IMG/VR virus record: IMGVR_UViG_3300045988_171958
Coordinates: 192,001 to 256,000 of that record
Source of the DNA: a virus
DNA length: 64,000 nucleotides
Direction: 5' to 3' (one strand)
The position numbers were made by a program, and so were the translations under genes. Below, one piece after another: positions 29,182-40,200 of the stretch. Positions within the stretch are counted from its first letter, which is position 1; each line of letters starts with the position of its first letter. The notes beneath the pieces are model-generated. The model saw nothing but the letters and a program-made list of their open reading frames with translations. It did not search any database and was not told the origin of the DNA.

Positions 29182-29268
29182 CTAGGATGGCGCCTGGGTC
29201 ACACAGGGAGCGGATAATTATGATTCAGTATATTCTATCAGTTGAGATAATTTTAACGTTTCCTAGTG
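29182..29268 (+). repeat. conserved structured element, copy 3
   Basis: ggatggcgcctgggtcacacagggagcggataatt.. About 85 nt are nearly identical to copy 4. Confidence 0.85.
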
Positions 29269-29281
29269 AATTTTACAAAAA

Positions 29282-29305
29282 GAGCTCTGACTTAAGTCAG
29301 AGCTC
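29282..29305. terminator. palindromic hairpin at a convergent junction
   Basis: gagctctgacTTAAgtcagagctc preceded by aaaaa. Confidence 0.6.
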
Positions 29306-29313
29306 ATATTGTT

Positions 29314-29589
29314 TTAAATAAACAGTACTTCATTGTAATAATCTGGATCCAAGTTGTTCTTGACATATTCCTTTGCATCCAAAAGAGATTGTGATTCATT
29401 TACACAGCCATCTCCAGCTTGTAATGTAATATCACCATTTTCGGTAAGTTCAAGATCAACATTAAAATTCTCTTTCAAAAAAGAACTTGTTTTAATTATG
29501 CTAGAATCATAATTTACTACTCTCTTTACGAAGTCTTTACATTCTTTAGTTTCAAATACTTTATCATTCTTAAATTCCATTTTAAACAT
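29314..29589 (-). CDS. hypothetical protein (91 aa)
   Basis: ATG ORF, last gene of the - strand block. Confidence 0.5.
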   Translation of the reverse strand: MFKMEFKNDKVFETKECKDFVKRVVNYDSSIIKTSSFLKENFNVDLELTENGDITLQAGDGCVNESQSLLDAKEYVKNNLDPDYYNEVLFI

Positions 29590-29600
29590 TAAACATTAAT

Positions 29601-30389
29601 TTATATTCCAAAATCAGGATCCATCGTTGTATCAGTTGTACCATCAGTGTCAGGATTAGTTGGTTCTTGAATAACTGGTTCCTTCAACTTATATGTTTCA
29701 GTCAATACTTTCTTAAGATAAGAAATTACCTTTTCTGGTGTATAGTAATTCTGATATAAGTAGATAGCTATATCCTCAATGTGTACACCAAAAATATCAA
29801 TAAGCATCTGTAACTGATTCAATGGTGCATTCTTTATTGTCAATGTCGAACCACAAGTTACTTCAGGTACAGGATTTACTTTACTGAATACATCAGTTAC
29901 CATATTCATGTGCTTCTTCTCAACATCTACTGGACACTCAGGACGTGGCTTAGGTGGACACGGTGGTACTGGATGATGAGGTGGACGTGGTGGCATTGGC
30001 TTATCATGGCATCCACAATCAAATGGAGGTGGTGGCAATGGATGATGATGGTGTGGTGGTTGACACTCACCAGGACCTGGATTGTAAGGAGGTACTGGTA
30101 CTGGATTATTTCCATCAGCCTTACCAATAATGTTTCCATTTGAATCATAGATATCATCAGAAATCTGATAGAATTCTGTACTGAATTCGTTCATATCAAT
30201 CATGCGACCATCAGAAAGCATTACTGACATTCCATTTTCTGCAATGATGCAATCTCTTACTTGTACTTCAGCACCAGTCTTCTTAGATATCCAAGTACCC
30301 TTTATTTCTGGTGCACCAGGACCACCTGGCATGTCCATACAAAAACCACCACCACCCATAGGTGAATAGTTATTTGGCATATTATTCAT
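29601..30389 (-). CDS. hypothetical protein with Pro/His/Cys-rich central linker
   Basis: The ATG ORF contains ..GECQPPHHHHPLPPPPFDCGCHDKPMPPRPPHHPVPPCPPKPRPECP... Confidence 0.55.
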   Translation of the reverse strand: MNNMPNNYSPMGGGGFCMDMPGGPGAPEIKGTWISKKTGAEVQVRDCIIAENGMSVMLSDGRMIDMNEFSTEFYQISDDIYDSNGNIIGKADGNNPVPVPPYNPGPGECQPPHHHHPLPPPPFDCGCHDKPMPPRPPHHPVPPCPPKPRPECPVDVEKKHMNMVTDVFSKVNPVPEVTCGSTLTIKNAPLNQLQMLIDIFGVHIEDIAIYLYQNYYTPEKVISYLKKVLTETYKLKEPVIQEPTNPDTDGTTDTTMDPDFGI

Positions 30390-30417
30390 TTATTTATAAA
30401 TACATGTATTTTTACAA

Positions 30418-30451
30418 TAAAATATAGAAATTCATTATTATTTATTACAAA
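30418..30451 (-). promoter_or_regulatory. promoter-like box for 29601-30389
   Basis: The reverse complement reads tttgtaataaataataatgaatttctatatttta. Confidence 0.35.
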
Positions 30452-30485
30452 TTATTTAACTTAAATAATGTTAATTAAAGTTAAA

Positions 30486-31022
30486 TTAATTGTATTCTTT
30501 TAATATTTCTTTTCTACCTTCGAAATCAGACTTAAGATATTTAGAAATACAATTTGCTATAGTAGTATAATCATCTTCTTTTCCAAAATAAAGCATATTG
30601 TATTGTTTAGAAGACTTCATAAAGTCATTCACTTCATGCATCATTCTCTTATCCTTTATAACAGAAGAATCTATCCAACAAATAGTAATTCCTTTAATAT
30701 ATCTACTTGACACACTATTGAACATATCAAATGTCATTGGTATTATATCGGAATTAGACATTTCTTCCTTTGTTATACCTTCAGATATTTGGTTGTCATC
30801 AGTATGTACACATAATAATGCATTGTTTTTGAATGCTAAATATAAGTCATCATTATCCATATAGTATTTCCATTCCTTTATATCTGAATCCTTTTTTAGG
30901 ATATCAGTACTGAAAGTTCTGGCCACTTTGATTTCTTCATTCAAAGTGTTCAAAGTAGCCAGAACATCTACTTTTTTCTGATTGTCATAAGTTACAACAA
31001 TTATCTTATTTTGATTGTCCAT
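30486..31022 (-). CDS. hypothetical protein (178 aa)
   Basis: ATG ORF immediately downstream of the giant gene. Confidence 0.55.
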   Translation of the reverse strand: MDNQNKIIVVTYDNQKKVDVLATLNTLNEEIKVARTFSTDILKKDSDIKEWKYYMDNDDLYLAFKNNALLCVHTDDNQISEGITKEEMSNSDIIPMTFDMFNSVSSRYIKGITICWIDSSVIKDKRMMHEVNDFMKSSKQYNMLYFGKEDDYTTIANCISKYLKSDFEGRKEILKEYN

Positions 31023-31030
31023 TTGTATAA

Positions 31031-34000
31031 CTAACTTTCTTTTGATTTTCTTACAAATTTTATAACTGCATATTGATTTTCTCCATCTGGTTGCTTATTA
31101 GGAGTTATCCTCCAAGTCTCTGTTATCTCGGAAGCAACTTTCTTAGCTTCTGTAGTTTGATGTACTCTATATCTCTTTGTAGTATTATTGTCAGAAATAT
31201 TTTCAAGTATAGATTCAAAATATGTAGAACGTTGTCCATCAGGGTGATCTTCACCATATTTCAATGCTGTACATCCTACCCAGTATTTAAGACCAGATGT
31301 ATTTTGCCAATCGACGAGATTTTCGTAATATGAAGTTACATTATAGAATCTTTCATTAATATCATCAAACTTATAATTGAATTCAATTCCTCTTCCAGAA
31401 ATATTACCATCATCTGTTGTTGACCAAGTAGTAAATGTATATTTTACTGATTTTTTAAAAGTATATGTACCTTTAAGCTTGATAATTAATTCTTCTTGGT
31501 CTTCATTTGATATCTTAATGTTTCCTTCTATAGATTCTTTAAAAGACTTCAACATATCTTTTGTAACATTCCATTCTAGTTTATAAACATTAGTATTATT
31601 AGTTTGTACCATTGTAAATGTATACTTAGCTAATTTAGAGTATTTATCTATTGATAACTTTGGATGACAAGATTCTATTTGATACGTTTTACCTTCAGTT
31701 GTTGCTTTCTCATCATATACCCATTCATTACCGACTATCTTATATTCTTTATTGTAAATCTTATCATAACAAATAACATATATGTTTTCCAATCCATCAG
31801 TTTGTAAACCTACATAATTATCATTATCTAATTTACCAGTAGTATTAGACCAATCTACTGTATACAATCTGTATATTTTATTCAGCATTTCCTCAAGATC
31901 GGTTTTATTATAAGATGTTCCATTAGCATCTCTACAAAGTTCACAAACTCTTACACGTAACTTACCAGATGGTTTGTTTGCATCAGTAGCTGGTTCTTTA
32001 TGATATATATCAGTTAAAGATTTATCTGGTTCTGATGGGATCAACTTATCTGGTTGAATATTTATATCTTTGAACTTGTTGTAATCTTTTTCATAATTAT
32101 CATAGAACTGAGGTATTGTGTTATTAGACAACAATTCTCTTACATTGACATAACGATAAGATAAGCTGTATTCTTGAGGAATAATCACTTCACCATAATA
32201 TGAGAACTTGCTTGATTTATCATATCCAGGTTTATCATTAGTAGGACCAGGTAAATCAGTGAGCATTTTCCAACCACTATATGGCTTTCCATCTACACTA
32301 TATCTGTTAAGTACTTCCCAGTAGGTGTTTACTTCTTTTACACCAACATTATAGAATTGCTTTGTTCCTTCTCCATCAACATAATTTACCATTATTTCTC
32401 TAGATCCAACAGAATATGACATTGAGTATCCTTTAGGTAATTTAGGAGAATTCTCATGTATATATTCTTCTTGTGTAGGACATAATATGTTTCTTCCAAT
32501 ATATACATAAGAAGCTAATATATCATCATTATTATCATACTTTACAACATGTTGGTTTTTATTCAACACATATCTTGTACCATCAAGATCTTTACCTATT
32601 GTAAGAATACCAAGTAATGTGTTTTCATTTTCTACAGATATTTCAGATACTGGAATAGGTTCATAGGAAGGATAATATGAATAAGTAACATATTTGTAAG
32701 AATTACCAGATTCATCTGTATTATATCTTTCTACTCGTCTACGATATACAGTAGTTTTCTTATTCATGTATGATATAGGATCTTCATTGTATGTACAAAT
32801 GAAATTACCATAACTCAATAAATAAGATCCCTGTACTTTAGACTTTGTACATGTTTGAATCATATTGCATGAATATTGTGAACACTTTTCACATCCATCA
32901 CAAGTCCATATTTCATTATAAGAGTAGTTGGCAAAATCATCCGGTAAGATATATTTACCATTCTCATATTTCAACTTATATCCACCTTTTGGACTTTTAG
33001 TTCCATCAACATAAGCATAAGTATATATTCTCTTTACTGAAGATACATCAAAAGTACCAGTATAAGATCCTGGAACATCCATATATGAAAGAACTACTGG
33101 ATTTCCAACAATAAAATTAACACTCTTATCATTGCCAATAATATTTTCATTATCATTCAAATCAGTACTCAATTCAAGATAGTTTGCTGATTCATATAAT
33201 GGCAATCCTTCTGTAGATACATAAGGTTCATCAGTTATCTTCTTTGACCAACCAGCTTCTGGTATCTTCATCCATTTTTCTTCTATAGGTTCAGTAGAAG
33301 ATGTTCTGTTTTTCTGACAAAGTACATATTCTTCATTTCCAATCAACTTATACTTATTGCCATAAGGATTGATCTTTATATATTCTTTATAATCTGATAA
33401 TAGGTTTTGAAGTTTACCTTCCCAATCTTTTTCACCATTACTATAATTGTCAAGCAACCAGTTGTACCATTCTTCATTTGGATTTCCTGCACCACTTAAT
33501 ATGTTTCCTTTATTCAATATTACTAAATCATATAAAGTACAGAATACTCCATGTGATCCATTTTGTATCTTTATTAGGTCAATTACCTTTTCTATATCAT
33601 CATTTTTCTTATAACGTTTAGACAATCTAGAAGAATCTCCTAAGAATATAGTTCCAAAATCTGTAACAACATGATTTTCTTCTAACAACTTAGTAAGATT
33701 CAAATATGATACAGAATAATTACCATCATAATTGTCATAATATCTAGTATTGTATCTTTTATTCTTTCCATCATTAGTTACAGATAAAGTATGGAATAAG
33801 TAATTTTCTACATCTATCTTTGGATCTGAATAAGACTTGAACAAATTATCTTTTTCAGTAATATCAAAATCAGTCATATCAACTCTACTAGTCTTATGAC
33901 TACCTATAGGTGTTACTATAGTACTATATGCACATAATTGCTTGTTTCCACCATTTATATAATGAGCTTCCCAAGATGCATTATTTGTAAACAAATGACC

Positions 34001-37000
34001 TTTGACATTTACATCACCATTAATATTAGTATATGACATGTCAATATCAAATGTATCCATCGGAGTAAGCTTACATTGAGACGGATTATGTACCATTGTT
34101 GTAGTACCTAGGTTTGGATTGACATTACTACTACCTATCTTAAGTCTTGATTTGTCATCAGTATCATGTGCAACACCAAAGTATGCATTCCACAGTATAG
34201 TAGAAATATCTGTTCCATTGAATGATTCTCTACCAATACCCATGATATTGTATCTGTTGAGAGTTGTGAGATTCTTTGCTAATACTTCAGCTAAGTCAAA
34301 TATTGGATATTGATAACTGTCTGTGGATGAAACATCATCATTAGCATTATAAATAGAGTTAGGAACATATTCCTTAGGATACTTTGTATAAGGTATTGAT
34401 TTTGGGATAGTACCATATCTCTTATATACAGTTTCTGAATCAACTTTTACAACTTTGTTACCATTGTTATCTATGGAAATATAAGATATTGGGTTTCTAG
34501 TAACTACAACTTCATCATTTATGTCAAAGTGTCTATTGTCATAAGTATTCTCTGTTCCTTCGATCTTTCCTTGTATGCTATCTGTAAATTCTAGAGAGAA
34601 ATTGAGATTGTTCTTATATTGTTCTACATCTTTCTCTACAGAATTTCCTAAAGATCTAGAATAAGAACCAGTAATAGCAGTAAAGTAGTCAGAATTATGA
34701 TTTCTGATTACAGGATATACTGCATTAGAAGAATCATGACTGTTATTCTTTAAGTCATTGTTTACTTTAGAAAATACTACCCATCTATGTTGATAATTGT
34801 CAGGACTATATTGAGCATTAGCATAATGAGAAATCATGTTCTCTAAACTCATCATATAAGAGAGATCTAAAGCAGCAATACCACCAGGTCTCTTGAGATA
34901 AGTCATTTCATGCTTCTTTACACCATTCTCTTCATATTCATAACAAGTCCAGAAAGAAGTAACAAGAGTATCCTTACCAAGAAGATAAGACAATGAAGTT
35001 GCTTTCTTATCTATTCGATATATGTAAGAGTTGTTAAGTATATCTTCATTCTTAAAGAATCTATAGTTAGTCCCTTCAAAAGAATAAGTAGTTAAGTAAG
35101 TATTCCAGGTATCGGTGTAAGTATCATATTTGCATATATACTTATTTTCTGTAGAATCCTTCTCCATGGTATCTACATAAGAAGAACATACAAGTAGAGA
35201 ATTGCTTATATATGAATAGTCATCAGTAGTAGCTATAGTATTCAACCACTCATTAGATGGTACCCAAGCATATACAGAAACAACAGAATCTCCTCCAACA
35301 TTAGAATCACTATCCATATAGTTAGCAGCAAATTCTTTCAATTCCCAATTTACCTTATCCCAGTTCTTTACCGTTTCTGGTCCATATATGATAGAAGAAC
35401 TTGGATCAAAATTGTTTGGATCAGTATCTTGCTTTATTATGATTCCACTACCATTTGAACTAATCGCTCTAGCATACTGATCTGTCTTTACACCATTTAT
35501 GATCCAATAACCATCTGTACCGATATAAGGTACTATAAATGACTGGTACCAATCAATAGAAGATATGATATTGTCATTTACATAACTGATTATGAAATCA
35601 TATAATATAGTCTTCTGTTCAGTACCATGGGCTAATATTACTTGTTCATTATCAGCATCTGTATAATTGCAGATTTTCTGTAGATATTTGAATATTCCTT
35701 TACCAGGTTTCTTATCTGTTCCAAGTTGTATGAAATTTACTTGTAAAGAAGAAAGAGAATTATATATAATAGAAGAATCATTAGAGTTGTAAGTAAAGTT
35801 CACTTCAAAATCTAATGGCATGATTATGCTATAAGAATCTTCAACTTCTACAGATTTTGCTCCATATTGTGTACTTGCTTCTTCTTTTGCAGATAGTAAA
35901 AGTTGAGCAATTATTTGTCTCTTTATCTTTATATTAGTTGAATCCCTGTACATGATATCATCATATACAGAAAGTACTATAGGGAAAAGTTGTGAAGTAT
36001 CATTTACAAAATATTCAAGCTTTTCTTCTATCATAGTTTGATCGTCCTGATCATCCATATACCATTCACCAACACCTACTGAATTGCAAATTTCATTATT
36101 GACTATAGGTGCAAAGCTTGCTACTGACCATCCAACATTAGTTTCAGTATTCTCATCTACTTGCAATGTGTACTTCTTTGTAAAGAGAGGAGATCCATCA
36201 TCAGTAAATACATAAGTATTTTCTGTCATTAAGTTGCATAATGAATCAATCAACTCTGATGGAGTTAAGCTACCATCTGCGTCATAAGTATCAGATATCT
36301 TTTTCCATAAGTCATCTTCATAATCATAATTTACGGAGTCTACTCTTGTAAAGTCTCCTAAATCTATCTTAGTAGAATTGCACTTGTATGCTTCTAACAA
36401 CCATTTGTGTTCATTATTTGTGTTAGTAATATAATAGTTTGGATTCTTCTTAAGTCTGATCAATACTAACTTTTCATACTCGTTAGGATTGACTTCTGTT
36501 GAAGCATCATTGGTCAAAGTAGCATCTTCTGGTAACATCAAATTAGATTCATTAGACATGAATACTCTGAAACCATCTACAAATTCACCATCTACTGTTA
36601 TTTCTTCACAAATATATTCGTTATCATAAGGACCATACTTACCAGAATCATGATGCCCTACAACTTTATAGATAAGAACATCTTTACCAATAGTCTTATC
36701 ATGTGTACGTGCAATAATAGCAGAATTTCTATGCCAATATGATGAACCATTTATACCAGTGGAATCATTAAGATAAATCTCAGAACCATACTGATCTTTA
36801 GTAATGTTCTTAAGAATGTTATTTGATGATTCTATAGTAAACTGTGAATTAGCATTACCATTTATGTTTGAATTCACTTCATCATATCCAACTGGAACTC
36901 TAGTTCCTGACTTGTCACTAGTTTCCTCAGCATCTACTTCAACTATCTTACCAACTATGCTGTTTGAAGATTTTGTCCAAGTAAATTCAGCTGCTATATT

Positions 37001-37198
37001 TGATTGACTGAAATCACCAAGATAATTTGGAAATAAATCAGAAATGATGAAACTGTCATTCTTTATAGAATCTCCTTTAGTTGAAAGTCTTTGGCCAAGG
37101 TTAGCCAAAGACTGTTTCAAATAAGGATCAGTATAGTTGCTTAAGTAATTAGCATTGCTTACTCGTGACTCAAATGAGTTTATATTGATTATTGACAT
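31031..37198 (-). CDS. giant protein (2055 aa), presumed virion (baseplate/fiber) component
   Basis: Uninterrupted 6.2 kb ORF in the - strand block. It is rich in N, Y, D, S and T. I recognised no catalytic motifs, and a search for a DxDGD RNAP motif found none. Confidence 0.6.
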   Translation of the reverse strand: MSIININSFESRVSNANYLSNYTDPYLKQSLANLGQRLSTKGDSIKNDSFIISDLFPNYLGDFSQSNIAAEFTWTKSSNSIVGKIVEVDAEETSDKSGTRVPVGYDEVNSNINGNANSQFTIESSNNILKNITKDQYGSEIYLNDSTGINGSSYWHRNSAIIARTHDKTIGKDVLIYKVVGHHDSGKYGPYDNEYICEEITVDGEFVDGFRVFMSNESNLMLPEDATLTNDASTEVNPNEYEKLVLIRLKKNPNYYITNTNNEHKWLLEAYKCNSTKIDLGDFTRVDSVNYDYEDDLWKKISDTYDADGSLTPSELIDSLCNLMTENTYVFTDDGSPLFTKKYTLQVDENTETNVGWSVASFAPIVNNEICNSVGVGEWYMDDQDDQTMIEEKLEYFVNDTSQLFPIVLSVYDDIMYRDSTNIKIKRQIIAQLLLSAKEEASTQYGAKSVEVEDSYSIIMPLDFEVNFTYNSNDSSIIYNSLSSLQVNFIQLGTDKKPGKGIFKYLQKICNYTDADNEQVILAHGTEQKTILYDFIISYVNDNIISSIDWYQSFIVPYIGTDGYWIINGVKTDQYARAISSNGSGIIIKQDTDPNNFDPSSSIIYGPETVKNWDKVNWELKEFAANYMDSDSNVGGDSVVSVYAWVPSNEWLNTIATTDDYSYISNSLLVCSSYVDTMEKDSTENKYICKYDTYTDTWNTYLTTYSFEGTNYRFFKNEDILNNSYIYRIDKKATSLSYLLGKDTLVTSFWTCYEYEENGVKKHEMTYLKRPGGIAALDLSYMMSLENMISHYANAQYSPDNYQHRWVVFSKVNNDLKNNSHDSSNAVYPVIRNHNSDYFTAITGSYSRSLGNSVEKDVEQYKNNLNFSLEFTDSIQGKIEGTENTYDNRHFDINDEVVVTRNPISYISIDNNGNKVVKVDSETVYKRYGTIPKSIPYTKYPKEYVPNSIYNANDDVSSTDSYQYPIFDLAEVLAKNLTTLNRYNIMGIGRESFNGTDISTILWNAYFGVAHDTDDKSRLKIGSSNVNPNLGTTTMVHNPSQCKLTPMDTFDIDMSYTNINGDVNVKGHLFTNNASWEAHYINGGNKQLCAYSTIVTPIGSHKTSRVDMTDFDITEKDNLFKSYSDPKIDVENYLFHTLSVTNDGKNKRYNTRYYDNYDGNYSVSYLNLTKLLEENHVVTDFGTIFLGDSSRLSKRYKKNDDIEKVIDLIKIQNGSHGVFCTLYDLVILNKGNILSGAGNPNEEWYNWLLDNYSNGEKDWEGKLQNLLSDYKEYIKINPYGNKYKLIGNEEYVLCQKNRTSSTEPIEEKWMKIPEAGWSKKITDEPYVSTEGLPLYESANYLELSTDLNDNENIIGNDKSVNFIVGNPVVLSYMDVPGSYTGTFDVSSVKRIYTYAYVDGTKSPKGGYKLKYENGKYILPDDFANYSYNEIWTCDGCEKCSQYSCNMIQTCTKSKVQGSYLLSYGNFICTYNEDPISYMNKKTTVYRRRVERYNTDESGNSYKYVTYSYYPSYEPIPVSEISVENENTLLGILTIGKDLDGTRYVLNKNQHVVKYDNNDDILASYVYIGRNILCPTQEEYIHENSPKLPKGYSMSYSVGSREIMVNYVDGEGTKQFYNVGVKEVNTYWEVLNRYSVDGKPYSGWKMLTDLPGPTNDKPGYDKSSKFSYYGEVIIPQEYSLSYRYVNVRELLSNNTIPQFYDNYEKDYNKFKDINIQPDKLIPSEPDKSLTDIYHKEPATDANKPSGKLRVRVCELCRDANGTSYNKTDLEEMLNKIYRLYTVDWSNTTGKLDNDNYVGLQTDGLENIYVICYDKIYNKEYKIVGNEWVYDEKATTEGKTYQIESCHPKLSIDKYSKLAKYTFTMVQTNNTNVYKLEWNVTKDMLKSFKESIEGNIKISNEDQEELIIKLKGTYTFKKSVKYTFTTWSTTDDGNISGRGIEFNYKFDDINERFYNVTSYYENLVDWQNTSGLKYWVGCTALKYGEDHPDGQRSTYFESILENISDNNTTKRYRVHQTTEAKKVASEITETWRITPNKQPDGENQYAVIKFVRKSKES

Positions 37199-37244
37199 AG
37201 ATATTTGTTTGATATTCTAAACTTTCAATCAGGATTAAGCATTT

Positions 37245-40200
37245 TTATTTCAAAACAAATTTGTAATGAATTTTATATAGCTTGTCAGAATTAAGTGAAT
37301 TCAACTTCATCGGTGTTGACGTCACTTTATAATCATACCTGTTGAATAAAAATAATTTTTGATCTTCATTCATATCATCAATCAACGTACCCCTGTTCAA
37401 CATTAAGAATATTGCATAGGCTTGTTCTTCAGTTGATCTATTGACAACTTCATTATAAGAGTATAGCTTATTAGTAGACCATTCTAATGTATCATCACAA
37501 TATACAATTGCAGAATCATTAAAATGCTTTTGTTCCAACAGCTTTATTCTTATTTCTTGTCCATTCTTATCTTTCTTTCTATTGTTGTAATCTTTTATGA
37601 CATTATTTTTTGATGGTACATATATTGGTGTTGAATTTCTCATATCCAACTGTAACGATGTTTTATATATTACACTATCACCTATAGATGGATATTTTCC
37701 AGTTTCTACAATTCTGTTAGTATTCTCTATTGTATCTTTGAATTTCAACAGCCATTGATCAGATACAGAAGTTACTCTGTTTATTAATGGTACTATGTTC
37801 CCAAAATATCTGTTATATTGCAGATATGTGTTTGACTTAGCTATAGTTACATCAGTTTCTGATACTTCTACATTAGGGTCATCAACAGTACAGTTAGATT
37901 CTTTATATCTCATTATAAATCTAAAGTTTGATGGCTTAGTTATCGTAATCAATCTGTCAAATATTACAGATGGTTGCACTTTAAAGAATGGAAGCATTTG
38001 TTTGAACACTTTGAATATGTAATCCTTTCTCACATTTATATCAACTCCATTAACATATTTTATAAGTTTTATCTTATTGTCATAAGTATATGTAGGAATA
38101 TCCGGAACATTTGATATATTATATTGAGCTATCACATTGAATGTACTTGTTGTATTGTCAGCATCTATATTTATTATCCAAAAACCATAGTTTGTTCCAT
38201 CTTTCTTTATTGTACCGAAATTTTCAATTCCATATCCTAAATCATCATACCTAAAGTTATCTAACTGAACATTCACACTATCATAATTTGAATATATTAT
38301 TGGGTCTCCATAAAGTTTTTTCAAATTATTTACAGTTTGCTCATTTATCTCTATCATCCAATTTACATTGTTTGTATTGTATCTGTATAGGTACCAAGTA
38401 TCACCCTTTTTATTTACTTTAGTCTTCATTAAGTCATTAAGCAAATAATGAGCATATATTATTGTATCTTCTTTTTCTTGAGCATATATGTCGTTGAATA
38501 ATGGGATAAGTACATGACCAACTGGATCACATTCTTCTACTTTGGTCTGAACATTATAGGATATCTTATATTCAGAAGACAACATATTTCTTTCCCACTC
38601 ATCCGTCTTCTCTAATCTATATAGATAGATATCTCTGTATTCAGAACTGTCATCCTTTTCTATTTTCATTACTTTATCATAGATGGTATCATCAAGTCTA
38701 GTAACATTTATGCTAAATACTATTTCATAAGAATTCACATCAAAGTCATCTTCATCACTATGGCGGAACTTCCATATTCCATTTCCTTTATATTCTATTC
38801 TGTCATAGAAATAGTTGAATATTCTATAAGGGTTGTCAACTTTTTTACCTGAAATAGTTATCTGCTCTTCCATTCCATGAATGTTCTTCAACTTGGTATA
38901 TGCATCTACTATCTGTATCTTATCATCAGAATCATTGGCCATAATTCTTTGCTTTACATACAAATAATCATACCAATTTTCTATTATATCAACCGGATAG
39001 TCATAATTATAGTCTTTACACAATTCATTATACCACCAATAAAGATGTTCTTTATTCAAGAACTTAGCCTTCATTCTTTTTATATAAGACAATCTTTCTT
39101 GAACCTTATCTTCTGATATGCCACTTTTTAACAATACTCTTCTGAAATTGTATACATCACACCATATTACATCAATATCCTTATCCTTATCTTCATCATT
39201 CATTGTATCTCCATAAAAGTTCAATTCTGGATCTTTCTTTATGAATATGTTTGTTGCACATACTTCATTATCACCATATACTACTGGCATGAATGTATAT
39301 TTTGACTTAGAAGAGAGATGTTTTGTAAGATAATAACTAGTGTCTTTATATATGTTTTTCAATGCCATTCTGAAATTGTAAGCAGGTTTTCCTACAACAT
39401 TGAAATATGTTAAATCATAATTGTCTGCTTTTGAATTGCTTTTCAATCCAGTAAGATAGTAATAAGCTATCTGGTCGGTATCAGTAGCATCCAGCATCTT
39501 AATCCATTTTTCATTGAAGAATTCACCTTCTCTATATAAGTTGAATCCATATTGTGTATTTATTAGGGATGATGGTTGCAACAATATGTATGAGTAACTG
39601 AAACCTTCTCTTCTATGAGATTCTATGTTTTCTTCAGGAATATAATAAGTGAACCCTACTTGATTTCTTATTTTCTTATCATTCTTAGAGGATATGCAAA
39701 TCTGCTTTACCATTGGATCTTGCCATATATCAAAATCAGTATACTGATACCAGTAGTAACTGTAAGGATTTTCCTTTTCTATAGAATATGTAGAAGTACT
39801 TCCAGTAATGTAATTCTCTAATGTATATGATAAGAATTTCTTGTTTGGATCAGTTATCAGATCATAAGTTGATATATCATATCCAGGAGCAAAAACATAA
39901 GATTGGTAATTCTTTCCATTTACAAAATCATCATTGTATGGATCTATAGGTGAACTTCCATTATGAACTTTGATACCATATTTGTAAGAAACATAGCTAA
40001 GTGGACCACCAATCTTAATGTATGACAAATAAGATGAAGTGTCATCCACCATCATCTTCAATATGTGGATTGGGAGCATTTCATAGGAACTTGCTTTATA
40101 AGTGTTGATAATATCATCTATAGAATCAGAAGTAGTCAACTTATATATATTTTCACTTTTAAATAAATTGAATGCATCATTGAAAGTAGTATTTGCAATT

